From the NCBI RefSeq assembly GCF_006345805.1, contig NC_043008.1:1488001-1552000 (forward strand): DNA of 64,000 bases, in the 5' to 3' direction. Shown here in pieces: positions 1 to 12,935 of this stretch (position 1 is the first letter of the stretch; each line of letters opens with the position of its first letter). The notes below the pieces were generated by a model. It made no database searches, was not told the origin of the DNA, and saw only the letters and a program-made list of their open reading frames with translations. This DNA comes from Octopus sinensis. Its lineage: Eukaryota. The translations under genes were made by a program, and so were the position numbers.

Positions 1-519
1 TGTGTATATAAGTTATTATACCGTATCCGTGTTGTCATGTATGTGAGATCAGGAGACACGTCTATATTCATAATCAAATGTTACATTGTAATACTGACTG
101 AAACTCATAATGAGTCTAAATTCACGATATATACCGTATCGTATAGTCGCTGTATGAAATTTGTTCTTCCATATTTGAGACGATGAAGTGTTTTCGAAAG
201 ATTATTGACTGTTATTTCTTGCATATTACTCTCATTCATTTATTTCATTTTCTCCTATAGTATTATGAGACGTGGAAGCAATATAAAAATATTATAGCTG
301 CTGTTTTTCTTAACCAAATCGATACAAAATTATGCAAATAAATGTGAATTAAAATAAATTCCATTCCTGAAGAGTGAAGTCTTTTTTTTTTATTACCGAT
401 TTAACATTAATGTTATAGATTCACATAAAAAAATTTGATATAGTTAAAGGTGCTTCACTAAGACTGAATAGGACACCAACGAAAAGTCCAAGAGAAAATT
501 ATTATTCAAGTTTTCGTTA

Positions 520-555
520 TATATAGTATATATGCATATATATATATATATGTAT

Positions 556-593
<38 letters not shown>

Positions 594-610
594 GTGTGTG
601 TGTGTGTTGT

Positions 611-656
<46 letters not shown>

Positions 657-905
657 TATATATGCAACAATATATATATACATATGCATATATATACATA
701 TATATATATATATATGCGTATTATTTATCTATTTATTCATATATACGTAGATGCATATAATATATGTGTGTGTGTGTGTGTCAATATATATTTATATACA
801 TGTATGTGTATATGTATAAATACACACACATAGATAGTTATATACATATGTGTGCATACGTACATACGCACATGCGCATACACACACATATATATATATA
901 TACAT
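520..905. repeat. Compound (AT)n/(GT)n/(AC)n microsatellite
   Basis: Directly visible dinucleotide runs; the overlapping ORFs are Y/I/C/V low-complexity translations. Confidence 0.95.
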
Positions 906-2264
906 GCATAGAGGCAAATCACTTGCTATTATGCAATAACTTCGTAAACAGATATCTTCTATCTACATGATATTTATAACCACACCGCTTTACACCCACC
1001 TGTACCTAATGATACAACTGAAAAAGAAAATAACTATATTCTGATGTGCTCTGTAGACGTGACAGTTGATACTTTATAAGTGCTTTATAATTGCTTTTGT
1101 TAGAAAACTTAATATTTTGTCTTCGGAATATCTGTATTCTATTAAACATTTGAATGCTTATCGAAAGAAAAACAAGGCGAATTCCATAGTTGATTTTGTT
1201 GAAGCAAAGTAGCATTGGCATTCACAATACTTTCTTTGTACTGAAGCAAAACAAAAATGAAAAATATGGTTTGAATTATTAGCTGCAGTGAATGAAGTCT
1301 CACAAGAGAATAATTATTAAAATTTATGTGACAGTTATATTGAATCATGTGAATTCCAAAGACTGAGGCTTACCAATTACCAGCCTGCAAAGCAGAATCA
1401 ACACTTCCATGGCTGCTGAAGAGGAAAATAACATTAATTCCCTCAAACAACACCACAGGTATCTAAAACTACTGACCTCTAACATGATTGTAATATTGCT
1501 CAAAATCATGATGGCTAATCTCTACAGCAAACTATTTCCTTAGCGGACGAGTAAAACGTCATTTCACAGGGAACAGCTTTCTTGTAGGGGCCAGATACAT
1601 TTCAGTTGGGTTAAGGATAGGATAAACAACGGCGAATAGGGAGAAAAAAATCGTAACATGCTTCAATTTTATTATTGATATTGCAATTATACTGTATAAA
1701 CTAAGCACTTTCGCTATTAAAGATTCCTGAAGATAACCAAAGTAAAATAGTGAAAATTTGCATGGAAATTATCAAAATTTTCGTAATCATTATAGTATTA
1801 TATACCATTATATATGGTATTCATAAAAGTTAGAATTTTTCTCTTGCCATCCTAACCCTCAAAGTGTTTTCTACCTCATACTATGTTGGATAGATTTTCT
1901 AAGAGAAGTCGCCAATACGTATAGATACAAATGATAAAATACATACCACTTTCACTTCATGAATCAAAGATTTTTACAAGATATCAATGATGTTTGGAAT
2001 CTAATATTAATAAAAGAGAATAGTAGTGTGTAATTATGGCAGAACGAAGAAAAAGAAAGATGATATAAATAAAACACTGCTCGTTAAATGGAATATACGC
2101 AGTAAACTCACATAATTAATCAAGAATAATTTGTAAACTTAATTAACATTTGAGGAATATGATATAATGATTTTTAACTTTTTATTTGCTTCAGTAATTA
2201 CACTGCAGTTACGAACGCTCAATGCCTTGAATACTTATAGTCGAACGAATCTCAGTATTCATTT

Positions 2265-2385
2265 TTTTTAAGCCTGATGTTCATCCTAACGGATTCTTTG
2301 CCGAAATCGTAACTTACGTGGACAAAAACCCACTAATCCCAGTTCTGAAATGATGGTGGGGGACAAACACATAAAGACGCACATA
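2265..2385 (-). mobile_element. Degenerate fragment of the 3' half of the composite tRNA-derived SINE
   Basis: TTTGCCGAAATCGTAACTTACGTGGACAAAAACCCAC...ATGATGGTGGGGACAAACAC aligns with the better-preserved copy at 50722-50960. Confidence 0.6.
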
Positions 2386-3039
2386 TAGATATCGAGAGAG
2401 TGTTGGAAATGCACTGCCTTTAAGGATATCGCGAAAGGCAACGTTCCGAGTTCTTTCACAGATCTTCGGGCCTTCGAAAAACCGAAGGACGGCTGTTATA
2501 AGTGTGTAACTTATTTAAGTGATCCATCTGTGTTTACTTTTACTCAAAGCTAAGGACTTTTCAACACAAACATGTATGTGAATGTATATATATGTATATA
2601 GAAATATAATGTTTCGAGGGTAGTATAGCCGTAAGAATAGCAGAGGGAATTTGTATTTTACTGTTATAAATACGGAACACATTCGAGTCCGCGAATGGGT
2701 TGCAATATATATATATATTTGACAAGGTATAAATAATCCTCAGTATTTTTGTTTTGTTGTACATATTAAATGTAACTCATACTTGTTTCCAGTAATCCCT
2801 TTATTCTGTACCACTGTGCAAAGAAACAGCAGAGCTAGATTAAAGCCATGAATTTACAATATAAAATGGTGATGGACTATAACTTCGGACTCGGACACTG
2901 CCACAAGAATACGTAGAGTTCTTTTCTAATCTAAACAATATTGTTAACCTGGTGTACTAATTGAGAACTCATAAAGTATTTTACCCGGATAGATAATCCC
3001 TCACTGATAACAGAGTTATTAGCGAGAGATGAAATGCAC

Positions 3040-3680
3040 ATAAACACAAACACACACACTCACACAGATACATTTCCATAAAACCAAAACATACAACTTA
3101 AAACCACACACCACAAATTCCAGGAAGGATTTTTACAAAAATAAAAATACACTCATACATATGCACAAACATACAGCATCAAAAATCAAATTAAAACACA
3201 TACATACACACACTTATACCACTAAAGATATTCACACACACCGACAAAACTACACACACAAATGAAAAAACAACACATACACACACACATATACACGCCA
3301 AATCAGATTTCCGAAATCCAAATGCAACACACATAGACACTCTAATCTAACACAGAAAACAAAACACACACGTGCACGCACACACTCACACACTCACATA
3401 CACACACACATATACACACACAAACACGCACACATACTCACACATTCACACAACAAAGTCAATGGCGAATAATTCCTCTCAAATTCTTCGAATGGCATTC
3501 CTGAAAAGAATCACATAACCACGAAACTATATTCTCTCAAGAGAAAAAGGAATGAAGGATGAATATTTTGACAATACATTCCGAAACATACACACGCACA
3601 CACACACACACACTCACCCGCATGCGCTCAAACACATTCACACACAAACATACACACGCCACGCACACACATGTATTCAA
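3040..3680. repeat. Degenerate (CA)-rich low-complexity tract
   Basis: Interrupted ACAC runs over about 640 bp. Confidence 0.85.
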
Positions 3681-4022
3681 TTCAAAAGCCTTCTATTAAA
3701 CTTGATCTCTTGAACGCCACACAAAACCAACATTGACAAAACATAGGAAGTGACCGTAAAGTAAAATTTCACTAAGAAATATAACATGGGTACGAACTGT
3801 TAATCTCCTGTTTTATTTTTGTCTCTTTAACTACCCGAATCATTCCTTTTAATATTTAATGAGATGAACATATCGAAACCGGTTTTATTTTAAATCGCGC
3901 TCTGTAAGAAAAATATTAACATTCTCTTTAACAAATTTCTTTACTATTTTAACTATTATTTTTAATTTGTATGGACTCTTAATCCATTTTCACTTATAAA
4001 TATGTGCATATATGTATATATA

Positions 4023-4418
4023 TCTTTATATATAAAAGTGAGGTTGTGTGGTGTCTGTCTCCTACGAATTAGATTCCTAACTACTCCCACATTTTGCGGT
4101 GCAATTTAACCAAAAGCGGGTATCTTATAGTCGTGATTCATATCGCGCCCTTCTGGGTATTAACGCGGGTCTACGATGAGTCTACGATTTAAAAAAAAAT
4201 TACCATATTTTTCCCACTTTTAATGCATTTTTTTTGCTATTATATAAGGCATGTAACTCGCGTATACGATGAGGCTACAATTTAAAAAAAGTTTTCCATA
4301 ATTTTTCCGCATTTTTAATGCATTTTCCCTCGGTTTATATAAGGGAAGTAACTCTCTATAAATGCTTATATAGTTATTTCGTCGCTTACAGCCCGAGCAA
4401 CGCCGGGCGATACTGCTA

Positions 4419-4419
<1 letters not shown>
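4023..4419 (+). mobile_element. Non-autonomous Helitron-like element, complete (397 bp)
   Basis: 5' TC at 4023-4024 preceded by A; GC hairpin GCCCG...CGGGC at 4391-4408; 3' CTAG at 4416-4419 followed by T; no target-site duplication; internal ~70 bp imperfect tandem repeat. Confidence 0.8.
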
Positions 4420-4485
<66 letters not shown>

Positions 4486-4607
4486 TGTGTGTATGTATAT
4501 ATATAATATATATATATATATTATAGATATATATATATATATATATACATACATATATATATACATATATATGCATATATATATACATATATTTATTTAT
4601 ATATATC

Positions 4608-4643
<36 letters not shown>

Positions 4644-4803
4644 AACTATGCCATTTTATAAATGAATGCATCATCCAGTTGGATACCGTATTATCTGTTA
4701 TGATATTGGTTGTCAAATCATATTGCAGTGTTATATGTGATTTTTTTCATGTGAATAAATGTCCACTTCCTCTTCATTAACAATCTATATATATTATATA
4801 TAT

Positions 4804-4860
<57 letters not shown>

Positions 4861-4885
4861 CATATATACACATATATATATATAC
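4420..4885. repeat. (AT)n microsatellite complex
   Basis: Long AT runs with a short unique interruption near 4640-4780. Confidence 0.95.
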
Positions 4886-6625
4886 ATATTACACCAAACT
4901 CTCTCGATCCCTCTCTGTCTTTGGCTCTCTCTCTAATCGCATAATATTAACAAGAAATATCAAAAATAGTTAATCCTACTTTAAATAACAGAGTTATCTA
5001 AAGAATATATTAGACAGGAATTTCACAGTATCGTCACCTCTGCTATTGAAAAAACATAGATTACGTGAATTGTGTTGCCTCAATAAATATCCATAAGCAT
5101 TGTAAGATAATTTAAATCTCAAGAATATGAGACAATTATTGATACAAGGTATAAAAGAGGTGACCTAAATCATACCTAGTCACAAATCTACCTCTCCGGA
5201 GAGTTTATGTTAGGAAATCTGTCTCTTATGAAGTGGCCGGAAAATACAGATCTGTCTATGACAAGTTATACAAAGCTAGAATTCCCGTGGGATAAGAATC
5301 TATAGCAGCTCTAAATGGTCAAACATATGGGCAAAACATTTTATACCCAACCAAGAGTGTTTAAAATTTATTTCCGAGGTGCATATACTCCGGGTAAGAA
5401 AGTATGCGCATATCTCTAGGGCCCAACCGAATTTCTTTAAGCGAGTTAATTTTTGTCGAAATTTCACACAAGGTATATTCATTTGAAATATAATTCTAGG
5501 AGGGAAATCAATCAGTAAAGTAAACATGAATGGAAATTTTCAAATTATTTTCATGGACAGAAAAAAACTGCATATGATCTTACTTCATGAACTTATGACG
5601 CAATACAAATGCAAATACAGAAAGGAGCAGAGGGGCAGTGGTTATATGAGGATTTCCGTGGCAACACAAGACCATATATTAATGTTATGTTCATGAAGAC
5701 ATATAGGCTGCTTACTCGATATCATATAATCTCACATGGATTATTGATTTATTATAATGTGAATAACTTTCAATATATTTGGAAGTTTATTGTTTCATGC
5801 TTTTCCAGTGGGTAGGCATGTAATAAACCTCTATCAAAATTGAGTCGACCGTAACGGTGCACAGCGTCATATGGATTATAATTTTATTTAAGAGGGAAAG
5901 ATATGTATTAATAAATCTTCTCTTGTGTTCAAAATAATCCTCACTGAGAGCTTGTTATATTAAAATAGATTTACTGCTTATGGTTACAGCTGTGTAAGCT
6001 TTAAAATCGATCGCCATTCATCTCACTAACATGTGAACGTTCTAAGAGACACGACACAGAAATGCATTTGGAAATGCAACCGTGTTTATTATATCCATGT
6101 ATTAGGATCTTGATATACAAATACCCATTTTATGTCGGTTAATGAACAGAAAACATATCCACTGATAGCAAATTCCCAAGTCTTAACCGATTTATAGCTT
6201 AAACTATAGAATACATTAAATGGTTGTTTTCAACGTTAAGTACCTTAGGGAAATGAAAACAGAAATGTCGTCTCGTTCCCGTCTTTTATAAACACATCCA
6301 TCGTTTTCTATCAATATATATGATGTAGGTAAATAACCATAAAATATAGGATATTATTGAAAAGATGTCTAGAACCATTTTTCTATCTCTAAGTAGAGTG
6401 TTATTTATTGGATGCAAAGAAAACAACTTAGGATATTATTTTCATTTACATTTGAGTATTATTAAATTTAACAAATAATGAAATTGGGAGAAGATAAAAG
6501 TAATCGGTGAGGCAAACAAATTCATGGTTTGTGAGAGTCACGTGGATAGCACAAAATTTAAATCCCTATTGCTACGCCCTAATTTGTAATATATATATAT
6601 AACTATCAAAAAAGCCTATCTAGCT

Positions 6626-6684
6626 GTGTATGTATGTATGTATGTATGTATGTATGTATGTATGTATGTATGTATGTATGTATG

Positions 6685-6715
<31 letters not shown>

Positions 6716-6845
6716 AATATATATATATATAAATATATACTTGGAAATGGGTGTGTGGCTTTCAATTAAATAATATATATATATATATGTTGTGTGTGTA
6801 GAGAGAGAGAGAGAGAGACAAACATACAGACAGACAGACAGAGAT
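6626..6845. repeat. (TATG)n, (AT)n, (AG)n and (CAGA)n compound microsatellite
   Basis: Directly visible. Confidence 0.95.
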
Positions 6846-6964
6846 GAATAGAGAGTTAGGTAGATAAATAATATGATATATGTCATATATACGATATTAT
6901 ATAGAATATATATAATATTATATTTGCGGTTATTGATATCCTTTTGTCTCGGGATACATTGGAA

Positions 6965-7340
6965 TTGCGCATCTGGAGATGCAAGTCGAACTTTCCTCTC
7001 CAGTTTGTGCAGGCCTGGGCTAGAAATAAGTCAATCCTGGGTAGTCCAATCGTCGAGATCCCTCTCTCGACCTTGCTGACGTAGTTCCAAGGAGGGCAGA
7101 ATATTACGTTTGGCACCAGCTTGGTTGTAGGAGCTGCCGAAAGAGTGTCGATTCGAACACTAAAATCACCTACGGGGCTCCAAAGAAATCCGTAGTGGAG
7201 TCGGCCCACTACGGATTTCTTTGAAGGTTGTGTCCTTTCCGTAACACTGGATAGGGTCCCATACCGGGTACTGTCAGCCGGAGCCACCTGCGCTGGGGAC
7301 TCGTGTCAGGCAGGTTCGTCACTCCCTAAAATAGTGATGA
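6965..7340. other. GC-richer island with dense hairpins, probably a transposon-derived structured segment
   Basis: Perfect 18-bp stem (7181-7198/7206-7223) plus stems at 6973-7003, 7052-7071, 7286-7315 and 7319-7337; lies between microsatellites; family not recognised. Confidence 0.45.
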
Positions 7341-8879
7341 AAATCGCCACCCGCTACTCATGTATAAATATATATATAAAATTCTTGTGTGTGTATGTGT
7401 GTGTGTGCGTGCGTGCACGTTATTCAGGGTTAGCAGATAAGGATCACAGATTGAGGAGCGTTTAAACCAAGAAATAATTTGAAAGAAGGGGCAGAACATA
7501 TCACAACTAGTTTTGTTCACAACCGCAGACAATTATTCCATCATTTCGTATACTAAATGATAGCACACCACAGTTCACTGTTCAGAGAAATGTAGATTTG
7601 CATGTTTCACATATCTTTCAAACTCATTAATTTATAGAGAACTTTTGTAAATTTATAAAATCTAATACTAGTAATTAATGAATACTGTGTTACACCAACC
7701 ATAAATGATTAATGGAAAGCTTATATCGGTCGGTATCGAACAGATACTCTAGATGCATGTAACTAAATCTGCATCTGTTTATTAAAATTCTCTACTCATT
7801 CTTACGATCATTCGATCTGACGTACAAACCATGCGTTATGTTGTGTTTTAGCTTGCGTGTATGTCTGGACGCATTTTCTGAGTGTCAGTATTTGTTTTCC
7901 TTTGGGTTTTTTCTGCATATACATTTTATATTAACATACTGATATATAGAATGTATAAATTACAAGTTGTTGATAAAAAAGTACAAACCTGCGTACATTT
8001 TGTTAATTTCGGAATGGTAAAATAACATGTTATCAACAAACAACTGCGAAATAGAGCTACTTGGGGAAAATACTGCTCACGTATGATAATATTATCTGTT
8101 TCGTAACAGAAACAATCCGTTAATAAACGAACAGATCAGAATAAAAGAAAAAACTGGGGGAAAAAACAAATATGGTAAGCGCTTCATTATAATTCTCAGG
8201 AATGATAAGTTCGGTAAAATATCGTTACTGTATATTTTCGCAAATGTTGCTTAACAGATGCCTGCTCTTTAACGTGCCATGCGTATCTGTAATTCTCTAA
8301 CACAATTACTCTTTAAAAATTACATCTCTTCTTGCAGATTATCGTTATTATTACCATCGCCATCATCATTATCCTGATTATGTTCATTCTCGTTATCTTT
8401 ACCCTCTTCATCATCATCATCGTTATACTCATCAAAACGTTTTCTTTGCTGCTAGTCTGTTTTATACGAGCTGCTTCTAAAGTCACTCACAGAAAGATTT
8501 TAGTCTGTGGTTAACTTGAGCAAGAAAGCGAAATACTGGGAAACGAGTTTAATTTAAATGCTTGTCATAAACAAACGACCTTGAAATAATTTGATATTTA
8601 AATATATCTCTAAGAAGTGTTCTATCAGGATGCTGTCTGTGACCGTATATACTGATACATTTAAGTTCTTTCCTCATTTGATCATTGATTTCCTGATAGC
8701 ATGTATATTATCCTTAAAATACCAATAACCACTGACACATTTGTCAATCTGAATTTCCACATGTTTGGGCCTTGTTTCAAGATTTTTATGTTTACCTCAC
8801 CTTTCAATCGTTCACAAGGAGTTCTTGCAGTCTGCTGAAATTGACTACTCCATGAGCAACGATGATATCTCATGTTTCT

Positions 8880-8904
8880 ATAAATATATATAAAAATATA
8901 TATA

Positions 8905-8944
<40 letters not shown>

Positions 8945-8996
8945 ATATATATATATATATAATATATAGATATTATATATATTATATATATTATAT

Positions 8997-9054
<58 letters not shown>

Positions 9055-9081
9055 ATATATATTATATATATATATATATAT
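8880..9081. repeat. (AT)n microsatellite
   Basis: About 200 bp interrupted AT run. Confidence 0.95.
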
Positions 9082-10180
9082 AACGTGTGTGAAATATGAA
9101 AATTGCCATTCAACATTTTTATGATTACTTAACCTGAAATGCAGCAGACAAGACTGAAAAACCATAATTGTTTTCAGACGTCTTTAAACATCATTTGGTG
9201 AGGAATATTTCGTTTGGCAAACTTGAGTCTAATCTGCAGTCGGATAATAGGCGGCACTTAAGGAAGAGGATGGATGGAATATCAGAAATTGCTAAGTTGA
9301 ACGTTTATTAAGCTATAGTTAAGTTATTCCAAACCTGACAGCGATTCGTCAGAGAATTAATAAAGTATGTATTTAGAATAATGTCGGTCTAAGTAAAGAC
9401 AATTCTTCACACTGCAAACATAGGAGAAAATACAGAAAACAGGATAGAAACAATCCGCATTATGAAACACAGGAAATATGTATTAACAGAGTAAATATCA
9501 CGTTACATTAAGCGATATAATTATTCTCAACAAGATCGTATTGTTAAATGGTATGAGAGATCATGCGTGTCACTGAAATGAAGAATTACTCTATGCATTA
9601 AAATGTGTGCATACATTGTAAAGTGATTTGATAAGTACCAGGTGAGATAGTTATTGTTACGGGATTAATAAAAATCTAATGTGAATTATGAACTGTGTAA
9701 ATTAACAGCGTATCTATTTGATTAGCCATCTAAGTGCATTTAAATAAGCTGAATGCCAGTGACAGAATTATTTCCCAACCGGGTGGTATCAGTCTCCGGT
9801 GATTCATAGAGCGCAAAAGGATTTGTTATGCCTCATAGAGTTCTTACAGAGTTACTGGAACAGTAATACCTCGAATTATTAAATGACGTATATGACAAAT
9901 CACAATTTCTTTCTGCGTAGATTGTTTTCCGTGTTTCAATAACTAGAGAGCAGCCGTCATGGAGCACCGTGCCTTTCTTTTATTTTTCTTCACGCATCTT
10001 AATCATGGAAAATATTATATATTGCGCTCATTTTATAACGCTAAGATTTATTTTGTAACTGGTTAAAGTTTCAGAGGGAGCACAGGTTAATCACAAACAC
10101 GCAAGCACTATACATACGCAGGAGTGTGTTCGTGTGTTAATAAGTCCATGTATGCGTGTCCATGTATGTTGTACGTATAT

Positions 10181-10229
<49 letters not shown>

Positions 10230-10234
<5 letters not shown>

Positions 10235-10530
10235 GGAAATCTTTCGTCATACATTCGTAACCTATTCTGCGACACGTTTCCTTCCTGGATGCGCACATAA
10301 GCATACGTATGTTAAAAAAACAGAATGGAGTAAGTTGAACAGGAACACACGCGGAAGCGTCGCTGAAGATGTCACAGGTGTGTGACGAAAGATTACCGGA
10401 CAATGGAGATGCGTTAAGAAAAAATATATATAATAAAATGCGAACAGTAATAAACGAGTGAAGAAAAACAAAAACATAGTGTGTGTGATCATTTGGCAAA
10501 AGAAAATAAACGACCGACCTGAAACACACA
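10230..10530 (+). mobile_element. Short element with an inverted pair of hammerhead-like motifs (family C), Penelope-like architecture
   Basis: 10230-10281 is the diverged reverse complement of 10352-10402; flanked on both sides by (AT)n. Confidence 0.55.
10357..10402 (+). ncRNA. Minimal hammerhead ribozyme-like motif (family C)
   Basis: CTGAAGA (10363-10369) + T + GTCAC/GTGAC perfect helix II + GAAA (10387-10390); helix I/III side is weak. Confidence 0.5.
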
Positions 10531-10565
<35 letters not shown>

Positions 10566-10589
10566 ATATATAATATATATATATATATA

Positions 10590-10697
10590 ACAGGAAGCTT
10601 TATGAAAATAAACAAAAGACGAAGGCAGGTGGAATACAAACAAACAATGTATTAGTATGGCGCTCAGGAATATAAATAAAACAAGTATTTTACGTAT
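10590..10697 (-). mobile_element. Truncated copy of family B Penelope-like tail
   Basis: GGAAGCTTTATGAAAATAAACAAAAGACGAAGGCAGGTGGAATACAAAC...GGCGCTCAGGAA matches 40925-41060; it breaks off at the ACGT where the ribozyme motif would start. Confidence 0.8.
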
Positions 10698-10991
10698 ATA
10701 TATATATATATGAATAAATATGAATTTTCCTAATTGTTACTGCTATTTCATGATGTCGCCTATTTTCGTCGTTTCCGTACTGTCTAACTCGATCAGTAGT
10801 TTTTATCACTCGGCACCTAGTAGTGCATTGTATTAAAATGGCTGAATGCAAATAAAAAGATTATGTAGAACTGGACTACTGTATATCGTTTGTGGTTATT
10901 TGCTTAATATATTGCGACTGAATTACATTATATAAGGGTTTCTGCAGAGAACGTTTATGCCTGATGTATTATAGAAAATTATAATTTCACA

Positions 10992-11270
10992 TATTATTTA
11001 CATTAAATGCATTTGACGGATATTTGTCCTCATCTTGTTTGTTGTTAACACAACCTTTCGGCTGATATACCCTCCAATCCTCATCAAGTATCTTGGGGAA
11101 ATTTCGGCTGATATACCCTCCAGCCTTCAGTAGGTGTCTTGGGGAAAGTTCGAAACAGGGTTCGCAATTTACCCAAGACACCTGATGAAGACTGGAGGGT
11201 ATAATAGCCGAAAAGTTGTGTTAACAACAAACAAGATGAGGACAAATATCCATCAATTGTAAATAATGTA
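10992..11270. mobile_element. Near-palindromic fold-back element with hammerhead-like motifs in both arms (family A)
   Basis: Left arm (about 10992-11160) is the reverse complement of the right arm (about 11158-11270); same family as 62831-63362; 46-bp internal tandem duplication in the left arm. Confidence 0.8.
11175..11222 (+). ncRNA. Minimal type I hammerhead ribozyme-like motif (family A), decayed
   Basis: GACAC helix I, CTGATGA (11182-11188), extra A, GACTG/TAGCC helix II (one mismatch), GAAA (11210-11213), AG-T-T, GTGTT helix I partner. Confidence 0.6.
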
Positions 11271-12351
11271 CATAATTCCTCATCTCTTACATATAGAATT
11301 GTATAATTCTACAAACTGAAAAAGACAGTATCAAAGAAAAGAAAAAGAAGTGCAGTATTTGAAAATGATGGTTGGTTTCAGCACCGACGTACATCTGAAG
11401 GAATTCAGCTGTCGCTAGTAATAGCTAAAACAGATTTCAAGGTGCAATATATCCAGGTAACGTGGCTCGTGGTATGGTGTTTGGACGTATGCTGGATACT
11501 CATATTAATGTATATACAGATAAATACACAGAGATCGAGTGACTATAGAATATAGTCTCGAGTAAGATTATTTATAACCTGAATACATTGTTATTTACTA
11601 CTTACCACGTGATGATATTGCGTAGATGGAGAAAAACTTCACGAATGTGTGTGTACACATTGCGCACAAAAACGAACACAAAATCGTTTATAAAATGAAA
11701 AATGAATAGGAAAAAAGAAAAGAATGAGTGTGATAGGATAAGACGTACATGAATAATCGGTGTTCTTTGCTGTACTTTATGAGCTTTGCCAAGTATAATG
11801 CTATCAGAAATTGTTACAAATTTTGTGGTAGGTAAAATACCTAGAGTTATACTGTTATTTTGTTTTATATTTAAATTAATAAGAACAGACAAAATTTATG
11901 ATAGATAATAGCATAAAACTCACAGGGGTTCAAATTACCTAGAATTGCATATTGAAGGAATTCTCTGTATATGTGGAATGTTATATGGGCATAATAGAAT
12001 TGGTATCGTCATGAAAACGAATTCCTTTAAATATTGGCAGTAACACAAATTTTTCATTCGCTCTGTCCTAACTTTACAAACACAGTTTGAACTACAAGCA
12101 TTCTTGCAGACTTCAATTAATACTTGGCTGCATATTTCTTTTTTGTGCGAGAAGCGTGTAATGAATGCTTCGTTCCGAGCGCGTGAAACAGCGGGTATCG
12201 AAACAAATATATGCGTACACCTACTTAAGACGTTCCGGCAGATTTCAACGTGTTTATTCACATTGTATATCCGTACAGTTCAGGGTAAACTCTCCCTTAG
12301 ATTGCCTTTTCGGTGTACTGACGGGCTACAGAAAATATATGAAAAGTTCAA

Positions 12352-12499
12352 GTTTGGCTGAATGGTAAGAAGCTTGTTTTCCTATCACGTTGTTCGGGAT
12401 TCAGTCCTACCGCGTGCACACTGGGCTGGTGACCCCTATTATAGCCTCGGACCAACTAAATTCTGGTGAGTGCATTTTGTAGAGGGAAACGGAAAGCAG

Positions 12500-12573
<74 letters not shown>

Positions 12574-12633
12574 AGTATATAGATAGATATATGCATATAT
12601 ATGTAAATATACGCCCGCATAGACAAATATATA

Positions 12634-12674
<41 letters not shown>

Positions 12675-12935
12675 TGTGTATATATAGATATATATATATA
12701 TTATATATATATATCTTTATCTGTGTGTGTATGTGTCTGTTTTGTCCCCACCCACCTATCACTGCCTGACAGTGTAAAATTGTTTAAGCTACCAAACATA
12801 GCCGTTCGGCAAAACTGGAGGATAGAATATGTACTTGACTGAAAGACATAAGCCCTGGGTTAGATTTTTGTGACTGAAACCATTCAAGGCTCTTCTCCAG
12901 TATGATCGTAGTGAAATGACTGAAACAAGTAAAAG
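12352..12935 (+). mobile_element. Composite tRNA-derived SINE with internal (AT)n, full length and diverged
   Basis: tRNA-like head TGGCTGAATGGTAAG...GGATTCAGTCC, CORE-like segment, AT tract at 12500-12715, 3' half ending ATGACTGAAACAAGTAAAAG; colinear with 43715-44211. Confidence 0.8.

Noticed and set aside
1400-1520. VSSFRYLW-like peptide on the minus strand resembling an RT motif
   Set aside because: A single short match with no supporting flanks.
6883-7287. 134-codon minus-strand ORF as a gene
   Set aside because: No recognisable motif or splice context; the stop lies in AT repeat. Kept only as part of the structured island.
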